Shown: positions 31,310 through 41,441 of the stretch, piece by piece
Numbering within the stretch: position 1 is the stretch's first letter
How the letters are laid out: every line of letters starts with the position of its first letter
Origin: Candidatus Latescibacterota bacterium
Lineage (GTDB): Bacteria; Latescibacterota; UBA2968; UBA8231
DNA: 64,000 bases
Assembly: GCA_965248265.1 (NCBI GenBank)
Contig: CBDFJF010000002.1
Location: 832,001-896,000, forward strand
Direction: 5' to 3'
Program-made: the position numbers and the translations under genes
The notes under the pieces: generated by a model
What the model was told of the DNA's origin: nothing
Database searches by the model: none
Seen by the model: only the letters and a program-made list of their open reading frames with translations

Positions 31310-31431
31310 GCAGAACCCAGCTTTCTGGCTCAACGGCTACTCGACCGATTCCACTGATTCGATCCCTCTCATCCCAGTGGTTTCACCTACATCCCACAGC
31401 TCCTGATCAAGTTCAACCGCTCCTGTCAAAT

Positions 31432-31551
31432 GTTGCTAACAAAAGTTGACAACAAACGCAGGCTCTCGACACTCTTTTTGTGGAACAAGTGGTGTAAATA
31501 AAATACAAACAATGAGTTAAAAATCGTTGATAGAACAGGCATGGCTCTTGC
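31432..31551 (+). promoter_or_regulatory. Sigma54 promoter 2 with upstream activator motif and IHF-like site
   Basis: AGGCATGGCTCTTGC (GG at 31538, GC at 31550); GTTGCTAAC-AAAA-GTTGACAAC at 31432-31453; AAACAATGAGTTA at 31507. Confidence 0.78.
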
Positions 31552-31613
31552 ATTGCATAGTGCAGCATCGAGAGACACAGGAATCGACGAAAGGAATCAA
31601 GGGCAACATAGAC

Positions 31614-32000
31614 ATGGAACGAGCACTGAAGGTACTCCTCGTAGATGACGAGGAAATCGTGCACCTGACACTGGGAGACTACCTGTCCGACTGCGGCTAT
31701 CAGGTGGAAAAGGCGGTGGATGGGGTCCAAGCACTGCGGGCCATTGAAGCCGGCACACACGATCTGGTGATCGCTGACGTGCGCATGCCCGGTCTGGATG
31801 GACTGACCCTGCTGGCGAGGGTCAGAGAGAGGGACGCGGAGCTTCCCGTCATCATGATCACCGGCCATGGAGATGTGGACATGCAGGATCAGGCGGAGGG
31901 AATGGGGGCTACCGGATTTCTGCTGAAACCGATCAAGCTGCGGCACCTGGATGAACTTATCAGGCAACTGGTCGAAGGAGTCGGGTCATGCAGCTGCTGA
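31614..32000 (+). CDS. Single-domain response regulator
   Basis: VLLVDDE, ADVRMPGLDG, ITGHG, LLKP. Confidence 0.92.
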   Translation: MERALKVLLVDDEEIVHLTLGDYLSDCGYQVEKAVDGVQALRAIEAGTHDLVIADVRMPGLDGLTLLARVRERDAELPVIMITGHGDVDMQDQAEGMGATGFLLKPIKLRHLDELIRQLVEGVGSCSC

Positions 32001-33961
32001 TCGTAGATGACCAACAGCAGATCCTGGATGTGCTCGGCGACTTTGTCACCGACTGCGGCCACGATGTGTTGACAGCGACGAACGGCGCGGAGGCCCTTGA
32101 AAGACTCGAGGACACCAACCAGGTCGGCGCCGTCCTCAGCGACATACGCATGCCCAAGATGGATGGGATCGATTTCCTCAAGGGAGTACGCGTGCGTTTC
32201 CCCGGGATCCCGGTCGTACTCATGACGGGCCACGGAGACGAAAGCATCGCCACTACGGCGCTCAAGGAAGGCGCTTTCGACTACTTGAAGAAGCCGGTCC
32301 GACTGACAGACCTGTTGGCCTGCATAACACGGATCGAAGAGCGCTCAAAACTGGAGGAAAGCTTCGTCGCTGATTACCCGCAACTCGCACAGTCGAGGTC
32401 CGCAGATATCGACGATCCCGGGCAGGCGATTGAAGAGCCACAGCAGACCGGTCGTTTTCTGCTGGTAGATGTCGACGGACCTTCGCGCCGCGCGCTGCAC
32501 CTGTGGCTAGTTGATCGAGGCCATCAGGTGGACCTGGCGGAAGGTGGGAAAGAGGCCGAGGAGCTGGTCCGTCGGACCGCCTATGACTCGGTGCTGAGCG
32601 AACTCGAGCTCTTTGACACGGACGGGACCGATCTGATCCACAGACTCACTTCGGCCGATCCCTCGATAATCGCCGTGGCGATGACGGCCGACACTGATCG
32701 CGACACCATCTTGCAGGCCATGCATGCCGGAGCCCGCGGGCTGCTGACGAAACCACTGGCAGATGAGGCCATTGCTGAACAGGTCCATATTGCGCTCAGG
32801 GAGCGCAAGCGAGTCGTCGACGGCCGGTTGTTGATGGGCGACCTGATCAAGGTCCGCTCCGACCTGAGGCAGGAAGTCGTGGCACGGGAACGCTATCTGA
32901 GCAACCTGATCGACAGTGCCCCCTTTGGCATCGTATCGACCGACACGAGCGGCTCTATCGTGACCTTCAACAGCAAGGCCGAGCAGATGTACGGCTACAA
33001 GGAAGCCGAGCTGCTGGGCAGGCCACTGTCCGTCCTGTGTGTGGATGGCGCCGAGGTCGTGGTTCCGCCAATGGAGGGCCGTTCCGTGAAGGCCGATCAC
33101 AGCCGTAAGGATCGGTCGAGGCTGCCGGTTCTCGTTTACGGGCGCAATGTCTTTGACAGCAACGGCAAGCATGTTGCGCGCCTGCATGTGTTGGAAGACC
33201 AGACCGCTCGCGAACAGATGGAAGCGCAACTGTTGCAGGCGGAGAGACTGTCGGTGCTGGGACAACTAGCGCCGCGCGTCGCCCACGAGTTCAAGACGCC
33301 GATGCAGGCCATCCTGGGCAACGCCGAGCTGGTGGGCATCGACCTGGACGAAGGCAGGTTGGATCGGGTGCGTGAGAACGCCAACGAGATCGTCGCCGCC
33401 GTGGAGCAGATGCAGTTCCTGGTAAAGCAGATGCTCAACCTTGGCAAGACAGTGGAGAGTAATGACGAAGAGCTGGATCTGGGAGAGGAAACCAACCGGA
33501 TTCTGGATCTGCTCAACCCTCTGAGGGTGCTCAAGCAGTGTCAGGTCATCACCGATTTCGATAGCGATCTGCCCCTGATCAATGGGGACGCCGCTCAGAT
33601 CAAACAGGCGCTGCGCAATCTGCTCGTCAACGCCAGCCATGCGGTGGAAGGCGAGGTTGAGCGAAAGATCACGTTGAGCGCAAAGGCTGATGAAACCCGT
33701 ACCAGGGTCATCTACACTGTAGAGGACAGCGGGTGCGGAATTGCGCCGGAGCTGAAGGACAAGGTGTTCCAACCGTTCTTCACGACCAAACCGGATGGCA
33801 AAGGCACGGGACTTGGTCTGCCGATCGTCAAAACCATCCTCGACCGGCACGGTGTCTCCCTCCGGGTGGATTCAGAGGTGGGCGAGGGCACTTGCTTCAC
33901 GCTCACCTTTCCGGCTGTGTGCGCGAGCCGGGTTCTCCAGGGAAAATTGGACAAGGAATGA
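31988..33961 (+). CDS. REC-REC-PAS histidine kinase
   Basis: Intact first REC, degenerate second REC (LLVDVD...SELEL), PAS, AHEFKTP, NASHA, FFTTKPDGKGTGLGL. Confidence 0.9.
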   Translation: MQLLIVDDQQQILDVLGDFVTDCGHDVLTATNGAEALERLEDTNQVGAVLSDIRMPKMDGIDFLKGVRVRFPGIPVVLMTGHGDESIATTALKEGAFDYLKKPVRLTDLLACITRIEERSKLEESFVADYPQLAQSRSADIDDPGQAIEEPQQTGRFLLVDVDGPSRRALHLWLVDRGHQVDLAEGGKEAEELVRRTAYDSVLSELELFDTDGTDLIHRLTSADPSIIAVAMTADTDRDTILQAMHAGARGLLTKPLADEAIAEQVHIALRERKRVVDGRLLMGDLIKVRSDLRQEVVARERYLSNLIDSAPFGIVSTDTSGSIVTFNSKAEQMYGYKEAELLGRPLSVLCVDGAEVVVPPMEGRSVKADHSRKDRSRLPVLVYGRNVFDSNGKHVARLHVLEDQTAREQMEAQLLQAERLSVLGQLAPRVAHEFKTPMQAILGNAELVGIDLDEGRLDRVRENANEIVAAVEQMQFLVKQMLNLGKTVESNDEELDLGEETNRILDLLNPLRVLKQCQVITDFDSDLPLINGDAAQIKQALRNLLVNASHAVEGEVERKITLSAKADETRTRVIYTVEDSGCGIAPELKDKVFQPFFTTKPDGKGTGLGLPIVKTILDRHGVSLRVDSEVGEGTCFTLTFPAVCASRVLQGKLDKE

Positions 33962-34187
33962 GCAAAACTGGACATCAGCAAAGATGAGTGACCTGCTGGC
34001 CATCGCCCTGCTGCTTGATTCCACCATCACGGAATACGTGGAGCATTCGCCTTACACCCTTCCAGCAAATAGATCTTCTTGCGTTGGAAGAGCTGGTTGC
34101 CGAATACCAGCGGCTGAGCGGCCAGGAGACCTCTACTCCCTTGTATCAGAGTAAGGTGAGGACACATCCACTGGCGTAGCTCGAGAT

Positions 34188-34317
34188 GTTGGCAACTGCC
34201 AAGTATTGTCAGCAAATGTTGCCAACTCGGTACTGTCCGCCTTCAGAACGATATTTTCATAAATAGACAGTTATCAACAAGCTACATCAATAATTCCAAT
34301 TCAGGTATGTAACTTGC
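34188..34317 (+). promoter_or_regulatory. Sigma54 promoter 3 with upstream activator motif and IHF-like site
   Basis: AGGTATGTAACTTGC (GG at 34304); GTTGGCAAC at 34188 and ATTGTCAGC-AAAT-GTTGCCAAC at 34205-34226; TATCAACAAGCTA at 34272. Confidence 0.75.
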
Positions 34318-34397
34318 AGGTAGTCAGAGCATGATTCATTGCCCTGCCCAGAACGAAGCGAGGAGCGCTTCCAGAGTGGCAAGAAGGGGAGATACCC

Positions 34398-35360
34398 ATG
34401 GCAAACGAAAAAGACGCACGCGCATTGATCGAAGTCGTCAAGAAGGTGCCGATTTTCAACGGCCTGTCACCAACACAGATAAAGAAAATTCTTACGGGAT
34501 GCTTACCCCGAACTTTTGCCGAGAACGAAGCCGTCAGCGCGCGCGGTAAGCCGAGCGACGAGATGCTCGTGCTGTTAGCCGGTGAGTTATCGGTAAACAA
34601 GCAGGACGGATCCGTCATCGCCGTGCTGTCACCCGTAACCACGGTCGGCGAGGTGTCGCTGATCGCACGGCTGCCCCACGAGATGAATGTCGTTGCCACG
34701 AAGTCTTCCTCCGCCCTCGTGATCACGCGGACCAAGTTCGACGTGCTGATGCGCGAGGACGTTGACATGTCTCTGAGGATCTACCGCAACATCATCACGC
34801 TGATGGCATCCCGTTTCACGGGAGAGAGCGTTAACTCCTGCGACGTCGAGATGCTGCGGACCCGCAACAAATTGCTCGAAGTCAGGCAGCGCATATCCCT
34901 CGACATGATCACAGACAGTGGTGTCTCGCGTGAGGATGCTGCCCAGCAGATCGCGCAACGGCTGCGAGGAGTCATGCCGACAATTCTTGTCGTCGATGAC
35001 CAGGAGATGATCCGAACCGCTTTCAAGCGAGCATTCAGCAATTTCAACGTGATGGTTGCCTCCGACGGTGAGGAGGCGCTCAAGCTTGCCCAGGAGTGCC
35101 GTCCCGATATCGTCATCACCGACATCCACATGGACGGCATGGACGGATATCAGCTGCTCGAGCAACTCCGAGCTGACTACCCCGATATGCCGGTACTCGG
35201 GATTTCCGGTCAGGTCGAACCCGGTCACGGAGAACGCCTGGGCTTCGATGGATTCCTGGACAAACCGGTTCGTATTGCCGACATGCTGAAAGCCGTGCGA
35301 CAAAACCTGGATACCGAGGAGTCGGAAGAAGAAACTGTGACCGAACCTGAGCCGGTGTGA
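34398..35360 (+). CDS. cNMP-binding domain plus receiver domain protein, copy 2
   Basis: VPIFNGLSPTQI, PVTTVGEV; ILVVDDQ, TDIHMDGMDG, LDKP; paralog of 14066-15007. Confidence 0.88.
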   Translation: MANEKDARALIEVVKKVPIFNGLSPTQIKKILTGCLPRTFAENEAVSARGKPSDEMLVLLAGELSVNKQDGSVIAVLSPVTTVGEVSLIARLPHEMNVVATKSSSALVITRTKFDVLMREDVDMSLRIYRNIITLMASRFTGESVNSCDVEMLRTRNKLLEVRQRISLDMITDSGVSREDAAQQIAQRLRGVMPTILVVDDQEMIRTAFKRAFSNFNVMVASDGEEALKLAQECRPDIVITDIHMDGMDGYQLLEQLRADYPDMPVLGISGQVEPGHGERLGFDGFLDKPVRIADMLKAVRQNLDTEESEEETVTEPEPV

Positions 35361-36454
35361 ACATGACGAAAAAGCATCTCCTTCTCGCTTTCATGATGGC
35401 GACGGCCCCAACGACGGTCAGTTTCGCCGACGAGCGTACACGCATCTTCGTCGTCAGTAGCTACCACGCAGAGTACCTGTGGTCGCAGTCGACTCAACAA
35501 GGATTGTGCGAGGCCATGCTGCAGTTTGGCTACCTGGACAACGGCGACCAGATCGACGAGTTCACGCGGACGGATTCCGTCATGAGTTCGACAGCTGTGG
35601 TGAAGAAGGAGTGGATGGACACCAAGCGAAAGAACACGACCTCCGATATTGCCGCGGCGACCGTCCGTATCACGGCGTCGATCGATCGGTTTCGGCCGGA
35701 TGTTGTTCTTCTCGGAGACGACAACGCCGCCAACTACATCGGCAATCAGCTCCTGGACGCGGAGGTTCCGGTGGTTTTCTGGGGCATCAATGGTTTGCCG
35801 CTCAAGTACGGTCTGCTGGATCGACTGGGTCGGCCGGGTCACAACGTGACCGGTGTCTGGCAATCGGGCTATCAGAAGGAAAGCCTGGAGCTGCTCCATG
35901 AGCTCGTGCCGGAGGCGCGGACTTTTGCCATTCTGGCGTGCGATTCGGAGACCTCGAGGCCGAAAGTCAAGCAACTGCAGGTACAGGCGAGACAGGGGGT
36001 TCTGCCCCTGCAGCTTGTCGAAGTGGTCGTAACCAATTCCTATTCCGAGTTCCAGCGCCGCGCTCTTGAACTCGCCGCCCGGGTAGACGCTTTCTTCGTC
36101 CTCAATCACGACACCATGAAGGACGATCAGGGCAATCACGTCGACATGATGACGGTGGGCAAGTGGTATCTGGAACACATCGACAAGCCAGAGACTTCAC
36201 ACGAGGGCCAGTTCGTGCGTGAAGGAATGCTCTGTACGGCGAATGATTCCGGGTACAACCAGGGTTTCGAGGCTTTGACGATGGCGGCGCAGATATTGCA
36301 GGATGGTTTGGATCCCGCGACGATGAGGCCGCGGACACCTGGAAGGGGCCCCCTGATGATGAATGTTCAGCGAGCCCGGATGCTGCGGATAGGGTTCGAA
36401 GCGAAGCTCGACCAAATCGACGAACTGGCACACGAAGCCCTGGCTCTGCAATGA
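35357..36454 (+). CDS. Periplasmic ABC substrate-binding-like sensor protein
   Basis: Signal peptide; VVSSYH, MDTKR, PDVVLLGDDNA, PVVFWGIN, NVTGV. Confidence 0.75.
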   Translation: MNMTKKHLLLAFMMATAPTTVSFADERTRIFVVSSYHAEYLWSQSTQQGLCEAMLQFGYLDNGDQIDEFTRTDSVMSSTAVVKKEWMDTKRKNTTSDIAAATVRITASIDRFRPDVVLLGDDNAANYIGNQLLDAEVPVVFWGINGLPLKYGLLDRLGRPGHNVTGVWQSGYQKESLELLHELVPEARTFAILACDSETSRPKVKQLQVQARQGVLPLQLVEVVVTNSYSEFQRRALELAARVDAFFVLNHDTMKDDQGNHVDMMTVGKWYLEHIDKPETSHEGQFVREGMLCTANDSGYNQGFEALTMAAQILQDGLDPATMRPRTPGRGPLMMNVQRARMLRIGFEAKLDQIDELAHEALALQ

Positions 36455-38787
36455 AGAGTCAGTCCAAGGAGAGGCCTCTTTTCTTCCGGCTTCTACTCGC
36501 ATTCCTGGGTGTCACCCTCTCCATCAGTGCCCTGCTGGTCACCGTTTCGTATGTGTTCAGCAGCCGGTCCGTCGAGGCTCACGCGCGCGAGGCCGTGGAG
36601 ATTCAGCTGGCTGCCGCCGGACGCATGTTCGAGGCAACCTACAGTGACCACCTGGCGAAGACGCTCCAGCGTCTCATCGCCTCAACCGTACTGGACGACT
36701 ACCTGCTGGGATCCGAAGCGGTGAGATTGGTCACGGCCCGGAAACTGGAGAGACTGTTCAAGCAGTCCGCTCGCGAGCTCGAGGCCATCGAAAGCATCTA
36801 TTTCGTCGACTCGCAGGGAAGGGAACGCGTCGGTATCAGCGGCCAACGCAGGGCCGTGGATCTGGTCGATCTTGGGCGATTGTTGCAGAACTCCGGATCG
36901 CCTGCCAGCGAGTCCAACGTGCACAGTGCGGCGGCTGGCCGCGTCTGCGCCGCACTCGCATCGTTGTCGCCAGGCAGCATCTACGTCGACGGGCCGTACC
37001 TCGACGCCCTTGGGAAGGTTTCAATGTTGGTGGGGATCTCCAAGCTCGATCTAGATACGGGAGGGTTCGGCGGCAGCGTTCTCATACGCCTGATTCTCGA
37101 CCCGTTTTTTGACGACCTGGCCGAGCTGAAACTGCTCGGGGTTGCCAGTCCGATCTGGATCGTCTCAGCGACGGGGCATGTACTGCGCGCGCCAGTCAAC
37201 CAGGATGTCACGTTCCATCCCGAGCCCGCTCTGATACGCCAACTGGCATCAGAGCAGGCCGCCGACAAAGAGGTTAGCCTTATCAGTCTGAAGCAGGGGC
37301 TGATGGCGGTCCGTGAGTTGTCCGTCGTCTCCGGAACGACGCAGCTTCGATTAGTGGCCTGCCTGGCGGACGAGCTGCTGCTCAACGAAGTCGAGCCCGT
37401 GCTGCGGTTTTTCTCCATCGTTCTCTCCGTTTCCATCGTCCTGATCATCGTGGTGGCTGGGTGGATGGCACGGGTGTTGTCGTCGCCGATTCGCCGGCTT
37501 GCCGACGCAGCACTCGAGCTCGCCCAGGGTGACCTGTCAACGCGCGTCGAGGTGGAATCGGCAAGCAGTGAAGTCAGGCTTCTCGTGGACAGCTTCAACA
37601 CGATGGCAGAAGCGCGATATCGAGCGGAAGCACTGCTGCGAGTAAGCGAAGAGCGCTTTCGGTCTCTGGTGGAACAGGCCGCGGACGCGATGTTCGTCGT
37701 GGATAGAAGCAACGGCCGCTTCCTTGAGGTGAATCAACAGGCCTGCGTCAGTCTCGGATACAGCCGCGAGGAGCTTCTCGGTCTGCGTGTGCCCGAAATC
37801 CAGAGCAATCACAGTTGGGAAGAATTGGCGAAGAAATTTCAAGGATTGCTCCCAGGCGAGTCGGTCACCATCGAAGGCAACCATCGACGAAAAGACGGCG
37901 CGAAGTTTCCCGTAGAGGTCCGCGTAGGACTGTTCGAGTCAGGTGACCAGCCGTTGCTGGTTGCCCTGGCTCGGGACATTTCCGAACGACGCCGGAACGA
38001 GCAAGCGCGACAGGATGCCGAGGAAGCCCTGGAGCGCCAGCGCACATTAGGCATGCGAGCGGACCGGCTGCGGTCTCTCGGGGAGATGGCGGCCGGCATC
38101 GCCCACGAGCTCAATCAGCCGTTGGTGGGAGTGCGCGGTATAGCGGAGCACCTGCAGATCGCGCTGCAGAAAGGTTGGGATCTGAGCGACGACATGCTGT
38201 TGGAAAAAACGGGCAACATCGTCGCCCAGGCCGATCGCATGACGCACATCATCGAGCATGTGAGGATGTTCGCGCGAGAATCCGGCAAACCGGATCTTTC
38301 GCAGCTGCAGGTCAACGAAGTGGTGTCCGCCGGCATCGAGTTGCTGGGGGCGCAGCTAAGCACGCACGGGATCGAACTGGACGCCGACCTGGCCGAGGAG
38401 TTGCCCCCAGTAGCAGCTAATCCGTACTCGCTCGAGGAGGTTCTCATCAACCTGCTGACCAACGCGCGCGATGCGATCGATGAGCGACGCCAGATTCAGC
38501 CCTCGTTCTACGGCCGTATCACCGTGCGCACGCTGGCCAGGTCCAACGGCGGTGCTCACGATCTGGTCTGTATCGAGGTCGGCGACAACGGACCCGGGAT
38601 ACCGGAGGCTGTACTTCCCAAAATTTTCGATCCGTTTTTCACCACCAAAGATCCCAACAAGGGTACCGGACTTGGACTCGCCATATGTAAATCGATTATC
38701 GAACAATTCGCCGGTCACGTGTCGATCGAATCTACACACGATTCGGGCACGATGGCGACGGTGGCCCTGCCTGTCAGCATGCCGTAA
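36451..38787 (+). CDS. Membrane sensor histidine kinase (periplasmic domain-HAMP-PAS-HisKA-HATPase)
   Basis: Two TM segments, HAMP (PIRRLADAA...FNTMA), [25 protein letters not shown]. Confidence 0.93.
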   Translation: MKSQSKERPLFFRLLLAFLGVTLSISALLVTVSYVFSSRSVEAHAREAVEIQLAAAGRMFEATYSDHLAKTLQRLIASTVLDDYLLGSEAVRLVTARKLERLFKQSARELEAIESIYFVDSQGRERVGISGQRRAVDLVDLGRLLQNSGSPASESNVHSAAAGRVCAALASLSPGSIYVDGPYLDALGKVSMLVGISKLDLDTGGFGGSVLIRLILDPFFDDLAELKLLGVASPIWIVSATGHVLRAPVNQDVTFHPEPALIRQLASEQAADKEVSLISLKQGLMAVRELSVVSGTTQLRLVACLADELLLNEVEPVLRFFSIVLSVSIVLIIVVAGWMARVLSSPIRRLADAALELAQGDLSTRVEVESASSEVRLLVDSFNTMAEARYRAEALLRVSEERFRSLVEQAADAMFVVDRSNGRFLEVNQQACVSLGYSREELLGLRVPEIQSNHSWEELAKKFQGLLPGESVTIEGNHRRKDGAKFPVEVRVGLFESGDQPLLVALARDISERRRNEQARQDAEEALERQRTLGMRADRLRSLGEMAAGIAHELNQPLVGVRGIAEHLQIALQKGWDLSDDMLLEKTGNIVAQADRMTHIIEHVRMFARESGKPDLSQLQVNEVVSAGIELLGAQLSTHGIELDADLAEELPPVAANPYSLEEVLINLLTNARDAIDERRQIQPSFYGRITVRTLARSNGGAHDLVCIEVGDNGPGIPEAVLPKIFDPFFTTKDPNKGTGLGLAICKSIIEQFAGHVSIESTHDSGTMATVALPVSMP

Positions 38788-38955
38788 ACGGATCCTTGCC
38801 CGAGAGCCCGGCAGAAGCTACTTTCCTCGCATTGACCCACGGCAACAACCTCTCCCTGAAATTGCTTCCCAGATCTTCCTCCCCGGGAGGATCACGACCT
38901 CCTGTCGTCCGCACCGATCCTGATTAATCGACAGCCGGGCAACCTCTGCCTGGCC

Positions 38956-40857
38956 GTGCTGCTGTGTATGGGTGCCACGGCTGCCTCCGGGCTCGCGTCG
39001 TACACCGATCCACCCGGTTATCCCAGCGCCTGGTCGTCCGCGCTGGGATCGCAAAGCTATACCTTCCAGGGCAGCTCACAGAGCGATCCCAGCGGTGCGG
39101 TGGACGCTTCCGGCGCTGATGTGCCACTTGCCCACGTTGATTTTTCCGCCGGGCCTTCTCAGGATCAGTCTTCCTTCTTCCACACGGCCACCAGTTCGGT
39201 TCTGTTTTTCCGGTTGCGTCTCGCCGGCTCGCCACTGCAGCTGGTGGCCCCTGGGCTTCCGGCAAAAGCGGCGACCTGGAACATCCTCATCGATATCGAT
39301 GGCGACGGTTACAAGGAATTCGCCGTCACCCTGGACGGTGCCGGTGGCAGCGCTGGGCCGGATGACCTAATCGTATGGTTCGGTGATACGGCATCGCAGA
39401 CGTTTTCTACCGGCCAGGAGGTGTGGCGCCAGGACAGTGCCGGTACCGACGATGATGCCGATGGGGCTGAGGGTGGCATACCGCTCTGGGACATCGATGC
39501 TGATCCCTACGTGTGGGATTTTCGCCGCGTCCGAGTCGTCCAGATCGACATGTCCTTGCCCCCGGGAGATGAGGCTTCTGAGTATTTCCTGGATGTACAG
39601 ATCCCGCTAACGGCCTTCGATGCGTCGACCGCAGGCGGAACCGCGCTGTCGTCGTCGACGGCAATCTCCATGACGGCGACCACCGGCTCGAGCTTCACGA
39701 ACCCGCTGCAGCACGATCTGTTGTTCGCGGGTGAGTTTGCCTTGGCCGATGTGCCGTTGCCGATGGGGGACCCGACCGCAGGCAGTAGCGTTTTTCAGGA
39801 GCCAATCGTGACAGCGGTGACGGCCACGGCGTGTCCGGCGCCGCTGTTTCTGAGTGCTACCGTTTTCGACGCGATCGGACCGGGGGGCGGGAGCGTTGCA
39901 ACCACCGTGGCGGCAGTGCAGTTCGAGTCCTACGCGGACTTGAATGCGGATGGGCAGGCGAAGGACGCGGACGGGGAATGGACTCTGATCGGCGGCGCTC
40001 AACAGGGCTCGGGTGGTTTGAGCCAGTGGGGAGGGAGCTGGAACGTCGACCTGTTGCCGAACGGCAATTATCTCGTGCGAGCGTTGGCCACTGATGCGCA
40101 GGGCAACGAGATGGTTTCAACCGAGCAACCGGCGCAATTGCAACAGGTGTCCGTGGTTGCCGGGGTGACCAACGAATGCAGCATCATCCTTTCGTTCGCC
40201 GGTTCAACCCAGTCGGTCATCGACCTCAACGGTGACCCGGTGGCGCCCGGAGACACCCTCGTCTACAACATCACGCTCAAGAACAGTGGTATCGAGGTGC
40301 CCAACGCGACGGTCCGCGATACGCTCGATGTCCAACTGGAGTACGTCGCAGGTTCAGCGGTCCCTGAACCGGCGCAATCCGGTGCGCAGCTGCTGTGGAA
40401 CGTGGGCACGGCCGCTGCCGGCGCTGAGCAAGCGTTTACCTTCGCTGCCCGAGTTCGCGAATCGACCGTCAACCAGACCACGATCGAGAGTCGTGGTTGG
40501 ATCACGACGGGAACGATAGCGGAGTTGGTGACGGCAATTGTGAGCGTGGTTTCCCTGCCGCGGATACAGTTATCGACGACCGTCGACGGCGACACCGGGC
40601 TTCCGGGAGATACCCTGGCCTACCGGGTCATGTACGCGAATGTCGGTACCGACGCGGCGACGGCCGTGCTGATTTCGGATGAGGCGCCGCCGACGGTTTC
40701 GTACGTCAGCAACAGCGTCACCGTAAACGGATTACCCAAAACCGACGCGTCTGATGGCGACAACGTCGAGGTCGCCGAGGACCTCATCTCCGTCGAGATC
40801 GATACCGTGGCCGTCGGGGAAACGGGAGAAATACGTTTCCTGGTTCGCATTGAATAG
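38956..40857 (+). CDS. Secreted DUF11-domain protein A (putative tip adhesin)
   Basis: Signal-like N-terminus (true start may lie slightly upstream), beta-rich N-domain, Ig-like domain (PNGNYLVRALATD), two DUF11 repeats (PGDTL.Y...N.G), the last one truncated. Confidence 0.8.
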   Translation: MLLCMGATAASGLASYTDPPGYPSAWSSALGSQSYTFQGSSQSDPSGAVDASGADVPLAHVDFSAGPSQDQSSFFHTATSSVLFFRLRLAGSPLQLVAPGLPAKAATWNILIDIDGDGYKEFAVTLDGAGGSAGPDDLIVWFGDTASQTFSTGQEVWRQDSAGTDDDADGAEGGIPLWDIDADPYVWDFRRVRVVQIDMSLPPGDEASEYFLDVQIPLTAFDASTAGGTALSSSTAISMTATTGSSFTNPLQHDLLFAGEFALADVPLPMGDPTAGSSVFQEPIVTAVTATACPAPLFLSATVFDAIGPGGGSVATTVAAVQFESYADLNADGQAKDADGEWTLIGGAQQGSGGLSQWGGSWNVDLLPNGNYLVRALATDAQGNEMVSTEQPAQLQQVSVVAGVTNECSIILSFAGSTQSVIDLNGDPVAPGDTLVYNITLKNSGIEVPNATVRDTLDVQLEYVAGSAVPEPAQSGAQLLWNVGTAAAGAEQAFTFAARVRESTVNQTTIESRGWITTGTIAELVTAIVSVVSLPRIQLSTTVDGDTGLPGDTLAYRVMYANVGTDAATAVLISDEAPPTVSYVSNSVTVNGLPKTDASDGDNVEVAEDLISVEIDTVAVGETGEIRFLVRIE

Positions 40858-40883
40858 TTGCATGAGTAAGTGACAGGAGGAGG

Positions 40884-41441
40884 TTGGAGATCAACATGAT
40901 ACGCATCAGGAGGACCTTGGTAACCGCTTGTATGATCGCATCGAGTGCTCAGGCTCAGGCGCCCGTTGACGAAGCGGCCGTGCCCACCGGGCCGCGGATC
41001 GAGATCGTCATCATGGACGATCTGTTGCTGCCATCGGGCGGAACCGGGACCGTGACCAGAGACGGCGCCGGCAATCTCGTAACTCGCCCCGGAGATGTCA
41101 TTCGCTATCGACTGACCGCTTCGAATCGCGGTAGTGAACCGGCACGCAATACCGAACTCCTCGACCCCATTCCCGCCGGGACGGAGTACGTCATCGGCAG
41201 CGCACGTGGGGACGGTATGCGACTGCTCTTCAGTATCGATGGGGGGCGAACATTCAAACCGCAGCCCGTGCGCTATGAAGTCCGGTCGGCGCAGGGGGAG
41301 GTAGTTGAGGTCGCGGCAGAGCCAACGATGTACACCCACGTGAAATGGTCGGATCTGGCTCCGATCTCCCCCGGTGATGCAGTCGAGGCGAGCTTCCAGG
41401 TGCGCGTTTCGCAGCGACAAGATGCTGAGCAGGCGAAATGA
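40884..41441 (+). CDS. Small secreted single-DUF11-like protein B
   Basis: AGGAGG RBS, signal peptide ending AQA, PGDVIRYRLTASNRG...DPIPAGTEYVIGSA, FSIDGG.TF, YTHVKW. Confidence 0.8.
   Translation: MEINMIRIRRTLVTACMIASSAQAQAPVDEAAVPTGPRIEIVIMDDLLLPSGGTGTVTRDGAGNLVTRPGDVIRYRLTASNRGSEPARNTELLDPIPAGTEYVIGSARGDGMRLLFSIDGGRTFKPQPVRYEVRSAQGEVVEVAAEPTMYTHVKWSDLAPISPGDAVEASFQVRVSQRQDAEQAK

Noticed and set aside
33958-34179. Small ORFs downstream of the REC-REC-PAS kinase
   Set aside because: Interrupted by stops with no recognisable family; cannot be supported.
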